Below are positions 59,001 through 64,000 of a stretch of DNA of 64,000 nucleotides, piece after piece. The notes beneath the pieces were generated by a model. It was not told where the DNA came from and searched no databases. It saw only the letters and a program-made list of their open reading frames with translations. Position 1 is the first letter of the stretch. The number at the start of each line of letters is the position of its first letter. The DNA is taken from assembly GCA_051362555.1 (NCBI GenBank), contig CM120640.1, positions 49,392,788 to 49,456,787 on the forward strand, given 5' to 3'. The stretch comes from Lingula anatina (taxonomy: Eukaryota > Animalia > Brachiopoda). The translations under genes and the position numbers were made by a program.

Positions 59001-62000
59001 AATGTGAATAAATGGTATTAAATATGACATGGATATCTTAACTGCTAGTTTGTATTTTCTGTACCAATAATCATGTAACTAATGGTATCTGGAATGAAAA
59101 TCACTATTCATAGCAATTAACTCATGTGATATGATCGTTTATTAATAAAAACACATAAAACTGGGGGTGGGACAACCTTTTTGACCAATGTTGTATGTGG
59201 TTGTCACAGCGGAATTTTAAGTTTGAGTATGTAAAATTATAAAGCAATGACATCCATTTTAACGTCAAAAGAATCGGTTAAATCTATAAATATAATAAAT
59301 TTACTGATATTTTTACCGTTACTTTAAACATCAGATATGGATAGGAAAAATGGTCTATAGACCTTCGACACACCTGAATATGCTGGAGTGATTAATTTTA
59401 CCAAGAGCACATTGTGGATGTATGCGCCTCAAAAGACACAAGCTTTAGGCTATTTTTCCTTTTCTTTTTGGTCAGATTTTTTACCTAAAAGCGGTAGATA
59501 TGTATAAACAGTTTCAGATTTAAATGCTTAAAGTACTTTAGAAAAGGTCAACTAATTTTTTGCATTTCATTTATTTTTTTACCATCGCATATCCCCTCTT
59601 TTACAAAGACTTCCTTTCCAAACATTTACACAAAACATTTTTTTAACCGATACATTGTTCTTCATTTTTGAAAAACTGCGTTTCATTTTAGATTTTTATC
59701 AACAACGAGTGGCACAAATCTGTGAGCGGAAAAACGTTTCCTACCATTAACCCGTCCACTGGAGAGAAAATCTGTGATGTACAAGAAGGAGACAAGGTAA
59801 CTGAAATACCACAATGTTTCTCTCTTTTGGTGCCTACACTATTGATGCCTGCATAGCACATAATTACAAGAAATTGAATAGTCCCAATGAACACATTATT
59901 AAGACTTATCACCAACCTGAATAACGCTTTAAGTTCCCAATAATAATGTCCGAACAATGTATTACGTGTTAATTAAAACAAATCTTCATTCGTGATGATT
60001 ATTTATAACAACTGACCTTTCTCATATTTCTAATTTTCCTCTCCCGGTAACGACACGATAAAGCTACTCATGTTAATTTCTGATGGTAGCTTGCAGGATC
60101 TGTTTGTTATGTGATTACATTTCCTTCTATGGATTGGATCTTTCAGGTCTTACCTACATGGCCAATTTGACAGGTGGGGAAGAAAGATATGGGTCTAATT
60201 TGTATCAATTTTATTCTCTTCACAGTGCAGTGTTCTCATTTTATTTTATTTTATTCACTTGATTTTCTTTTTCGTTTGATTTTGGACTCTTGAAATATAT
60301 CACGTTAGCACACTTCTATAGTAGGCCTACCTTTTATTTTGCCAGTACTATAAATGAAGAACATACATCTTTTGGGAGCCTAAAAGATTTATTCGTATAG
60401 GCCTATTCTTATTTTCCAGTTACAATGCATTCTCTTTTATCCTATAGATCATCATTCCAATGTCATGATGTATCACAAAGTCTTTCTCCTACATTACCTT
60501 ATTTCGTAATGTAATAATTCCTCAGCTCTTACACAATGTCTATGATTATCCCTTTTTCCATAACTTTCCATCATTACGTCATTACCAAAATATAATCATT
60601 CTCTTATTAGGCAATGGTATGTTACTTGACCTTAGGTCGCCATTTCTATTAATACAGATTTTTCATTGTATCATCCTGAAGGAATGATAACTATACTCCC
60701 TTATTCTTTTTTATTATTGAACAACACATGCACTCTTTAACTCTCTTACTTACACTGTTTAACCTCTTAACAAATGTATATTGTATCAATTATGAAAGGT
60801 ACAATGTATTCATTACGATCACAACTTTGTATCTGTACTTTTAATCATTTTCATTACGATACTTCTATCTGAATTTATTTGTTTGTTTTCTTTATACTTT
60901 TACAATGTTCCTTAAAATCTAACTTGTAGGTATATTGTTGTGCTATAAGCTGCGTATTTTATTAGTTAGTAATCATTATACAGTATAATAACATTACATC
61001 GATTATTTCTTTTGTATTATTAAGGTGACTTTTAGCCATTTGAGTACAATATATGTTAAATATTTTAAACATGATGCACTGTCCTCTTTTTTTGTTACCT
61101 ACGGTGTACAATGTACAGTATAAATTACCCTGCATGTACGCATGCTACAAGTTGTAACTTACTTTTCATAAGTTCAGTTTGTGGGGTCCTAGATTGAATT
61201 ATATTGGAAAAACTTTCATAGAAATGAAAAAGCTTAAAACCAACGTCATTAAGAACCCCCACTGAAGTTTATACGTTAAAACAATTTTTTTTCGAAACGT
61301 GAAATTAATGACTAAAATTGCCTCTTTTCCTGACATGATCCCAAAGACAGCTTTTGAGAAATGCAGTTAAGGCAGTTTGTTACATAGACCTATTCATGAA
61401 TCTAAAAGCCATTTTTTCTGGCCTCAATTTTGTCATTGACAAGGCTGTGAAAGCTGCCAATGAAGCCTTCAAGTTTGGGTCTGAATGGAGGCGAATGGAC
61501 GCTGGAAAGAGAGGGTTGCTGATGTACAGGTTGGCAGACCTGATAGAGAGGGATATTGAATATTTGACGGTAAACAAGTTAAGGTATTCAGCAAAGATAA
61601 TACTAATTAAATTGGAGAAGCAAGAACTCACACAGTATGTCTGGTATAAGTGAAAGGTGAAAGGTATTAAACATGTAGCACATTGCATTCAAATGTAATA
61701 ATAAAATCCAAAAGTAACTCTTGCCCCGTTGTTTTGTATTATTTAGGCCTGCACTTTTATTGCTAGAATAAAATTGAATAAGTGATGGTGCAGCACCAAA
61801 ACGCCAAAATAATACGACAGCACACCGATTGAATATCATCTTACCATTTTTAGTCTTTGGAAACGTTGGACAACGGAAAGCCATTCAATGTGGCTTATTT
61901 GGGGGATCTGCACCTTGCTCTCCAGTGTTACAGGTACGATGTTGCCAAGTGGACAGCGTAATTATATTTTTATTAGTCATTTTAAAGCATCTATAATTCT

Positions 62001-63359
62001 ATTAACTATTACACAGTTAGACTTCAAAACGTTGCCGTCATAAATCGTTTCCATACTTGGAATTAATTTTCAGATACTACGCAGGGTGGGCTGATAAAAT
62101 GGAAGGAAAGACGATTCCAGTAGGTGAGTAATGAGATCACAGGACAATTGTGTGAAATTGAGGATCGATTTTCACCAAGTTATGTTGCAGTAATATCAAA
62201 ACCTATCGAATGAATGGGAAAGTTAATCGATTATAGTAAAAAACGTGTTTATCGGGGTATTTTTTGATGAACTGAGATACAGAAATACAGACCACTTTCA
62301 TCGCATTTCAGACGGTGAGTTTTTTGCCTACACGAGGCACGAACCAATTGGAGTGGCCGGCCAACTCATTCCAGTAAGGAATTTAAATACAAATTAATTT
62401 CATATATTTCATAAACATCGCAATTTTTACATGTGATGCAATTATATTTTCATTTTCCATCATTATATTTAAAAAAATTGATTACAAAATCAATCTCGCT
62501 GTTATGAGATGGGAAATGTCGCGGTGTGGTTTGCATTTGAATTATTTTCACAATTACCAATTTTTCAGTGGAATTTTCCTATTCTAATGATGGCCTGGAA
62601 ACTGGGCCCTGCCCTTGCATCCGGATGTACTGTAGTGTTAAAGACAGCTGAACAGACTCCTCTTACTGCTAACTACATAGCACAACTTGCGGCTGAGGTA
62701 GGTTATTAATTGAAAATGGGTAATGAAATGGTCTGCATATAATAATAATGGTACCATTAAGATGGCCAGAACACTACATGATCACTAACAGAAAAACGTA
62801 GAGGCCATGGCCGATTTGGCAATGTGGACGCATCACATACAGTCCTCAAAAATGTCACCTCTAATGTGTCTCAGTCAAGGCAGCTTGTACTCTTTTTTTC
62901 CACAATAAAAGGACAATCCAGTCAGAGAAGGAAATATGCAAAAGTCTGCTGAATGCTCTTAATTTTTTATATTCATCTGATCCACACTTTGCTTCATGGA
63001 CATTTTCTAATTGTGTATCTTTATCAAAAGGATTATCTTGACCAAAATGGCTATATAAGAGAGGAATATTCACCTTTTTCCAGGCTGGGTATCCCCCAGG
63101 GGTTCTGAACGTGGTCCCTGGTTATGGTCCTACTGCAGGAGCGGCTCTGGCTGCACACATGGATGTGGACAAACTGGCCTTCACTGGATCCACCGAAGTA
63201 TGGACAATTGTTTGTTCATGCGCATGTTAATCTGTCAGTTAAAAAACAGTACAAAGGAGTTCTGTCTTAGCTCTTCATATCTTTTAGATAAGTTATCATC
63301 ATACGTGTATTTGGTTTTCTGTCCCGCTCAAAACTTGATATCTTTCAGAAAAGTGAAAT

Positions 63360-63400
<41 letters not shown>

Positions 63401-63811
63401 CATGTTGCATGTTTTCCTTGCTTGGCATAAACTGAACGAATAAAATGAGTGTACTACGTAGTATATGGCCCAGTGAGTGGAAACAGGCCCTTTTTTTCTC
63501 TCATTGGGCACTATTCTTCTTAGTTTTCGAGGAACTATGCTCTTTTGTTTTAGTATACTGATTGTCCACAGAGGTATGAAGGAAAGACGACTTTCGATTT
63601 TGCTGATTGATTTTCATTTTATTGACGTTTCTAACAGTTGTGAAAATATACTTTTTACAATATTTAAGAACAGGAAAGACTATTTAGCATCGTTTATAAA
63701 CATTTCAGGTGGGACAGTTAGTTTCCCAAATGGCAAGTGCTAGTAACTTGAAGAGAATCACTTTGGAAATGGGCGGGAAGAGTCCAGTCGTCGTGTTGTC
63801 GGACGCAGACT
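56078..63811 (+). CDS. ALDH2: Aldehyde dehydrogenase, mitochondrial (ALDH2-like); 3' end outside the window
   Basis: Exons 56078-56197 (Arg-rich transit-like peptide [21 protein letters not shown]), 59692-59796, 61444?-61569, 61854-61933, 62074-62123, 62312-62373, 62569-62697, 63084-63197, 63709-63811. Motifs [43 protein letters not shown] and TLEMGGKSP. Confidence 0.94.
56588..57523 (+). mobile_element. Second, older HINE/Helentron-like element
   Basis: subTIRs atccctgcactt (56593) and aagtgcggggat (57481); terminal CTAGTT (57518-23); internal degenerate tandem units sharing gggctgtcc..ggtggatgatt..ctcctccta. Confidence 0.65.
57530..59193. mobile_element. Tc1/mariner-derived foldback element with long inverted arms and decayed transposase fragments
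   Basis: TA|caacattggtcaaaaaggttgtcccacc ... ggtgggacaacctttttgaccaatgttg|TA (28-bp perfect tips). Arms are about 57530-58235 and 58475-59193. Both arms encode a decayed Tc1 C-terminus ([11 protein letters not shown] on -, [11 protein letters not shown] on +; compare SPDLNPIEHLW). The spacer encodes DGQIRVHR on -. Confidence 0.9.
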
Positions 63812-64000
63812 GTAAGTTGACAGAAGCCAAGTAACATTTGGGTCACAATTGCAATTAGGGCCTACCTAGAAGAAAATGTGCATGTCAAATCTAAAAATAC
63901 AACATATCAAATCTTAATAGTAATCACCTGTTTTGTGGAACTTGGAGGTGTTTTTTGCATCGTTTGCCCCATAATAGTAAAAAACAGTTCAGTTTGAAAT

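Noticed and set aside
63362-63398. Poly-A tract as a retrocopy tail (also poly-T at 7239-7265)
   Set aside because: No adjacent retroelement body or clear TSD; these are ordinary intronic homopolymers.

Overview
AT-rich, intron-rich animal genomic DNA with GT-AG spliceosomal introns. The repeat types suggest a lophotrochozoan, probably a mollusc (inference). Six protein-coding genes were assembled by hand from exons: (1) the 3' half of a BIG1/BIG2-type Sec7 Arf-GEF (+, ends 8609); (2) a PAQR membrane progestin receptor (-); (3) a complete focal adhesion kinase (+, about 21.0-42.8 kb); (4) a PHF24/GINIP-like PHD + EF-hand protein (+); (5) an intronless single-pass membrane protein whose TM region aligns with vertebrate KCNE K+ channel beta-subunits (+); (6) the 5' part of mitochondrial ALDH2 (+, runs off the window). 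The introns hold many non-autonomous transposons with readable TIRs and TSDs: Kolobok-like, Harbinger-like, TA-flanked, Helentron/HINE-like, a GG..CC element, a Tc1 foldback and LINE fragments. The best leads are the KCNE-like gene, an ALDH2 exon that lacks its ancestral splice acceptor, a Tc1 foldback made of two transposase 3' halves, and candidate alternative first exons for FAK. No CRISPR array, rRNA or tRNA was seen. All family assignments come from recalled motifs, not database searches, and coordinates were counted by eye.
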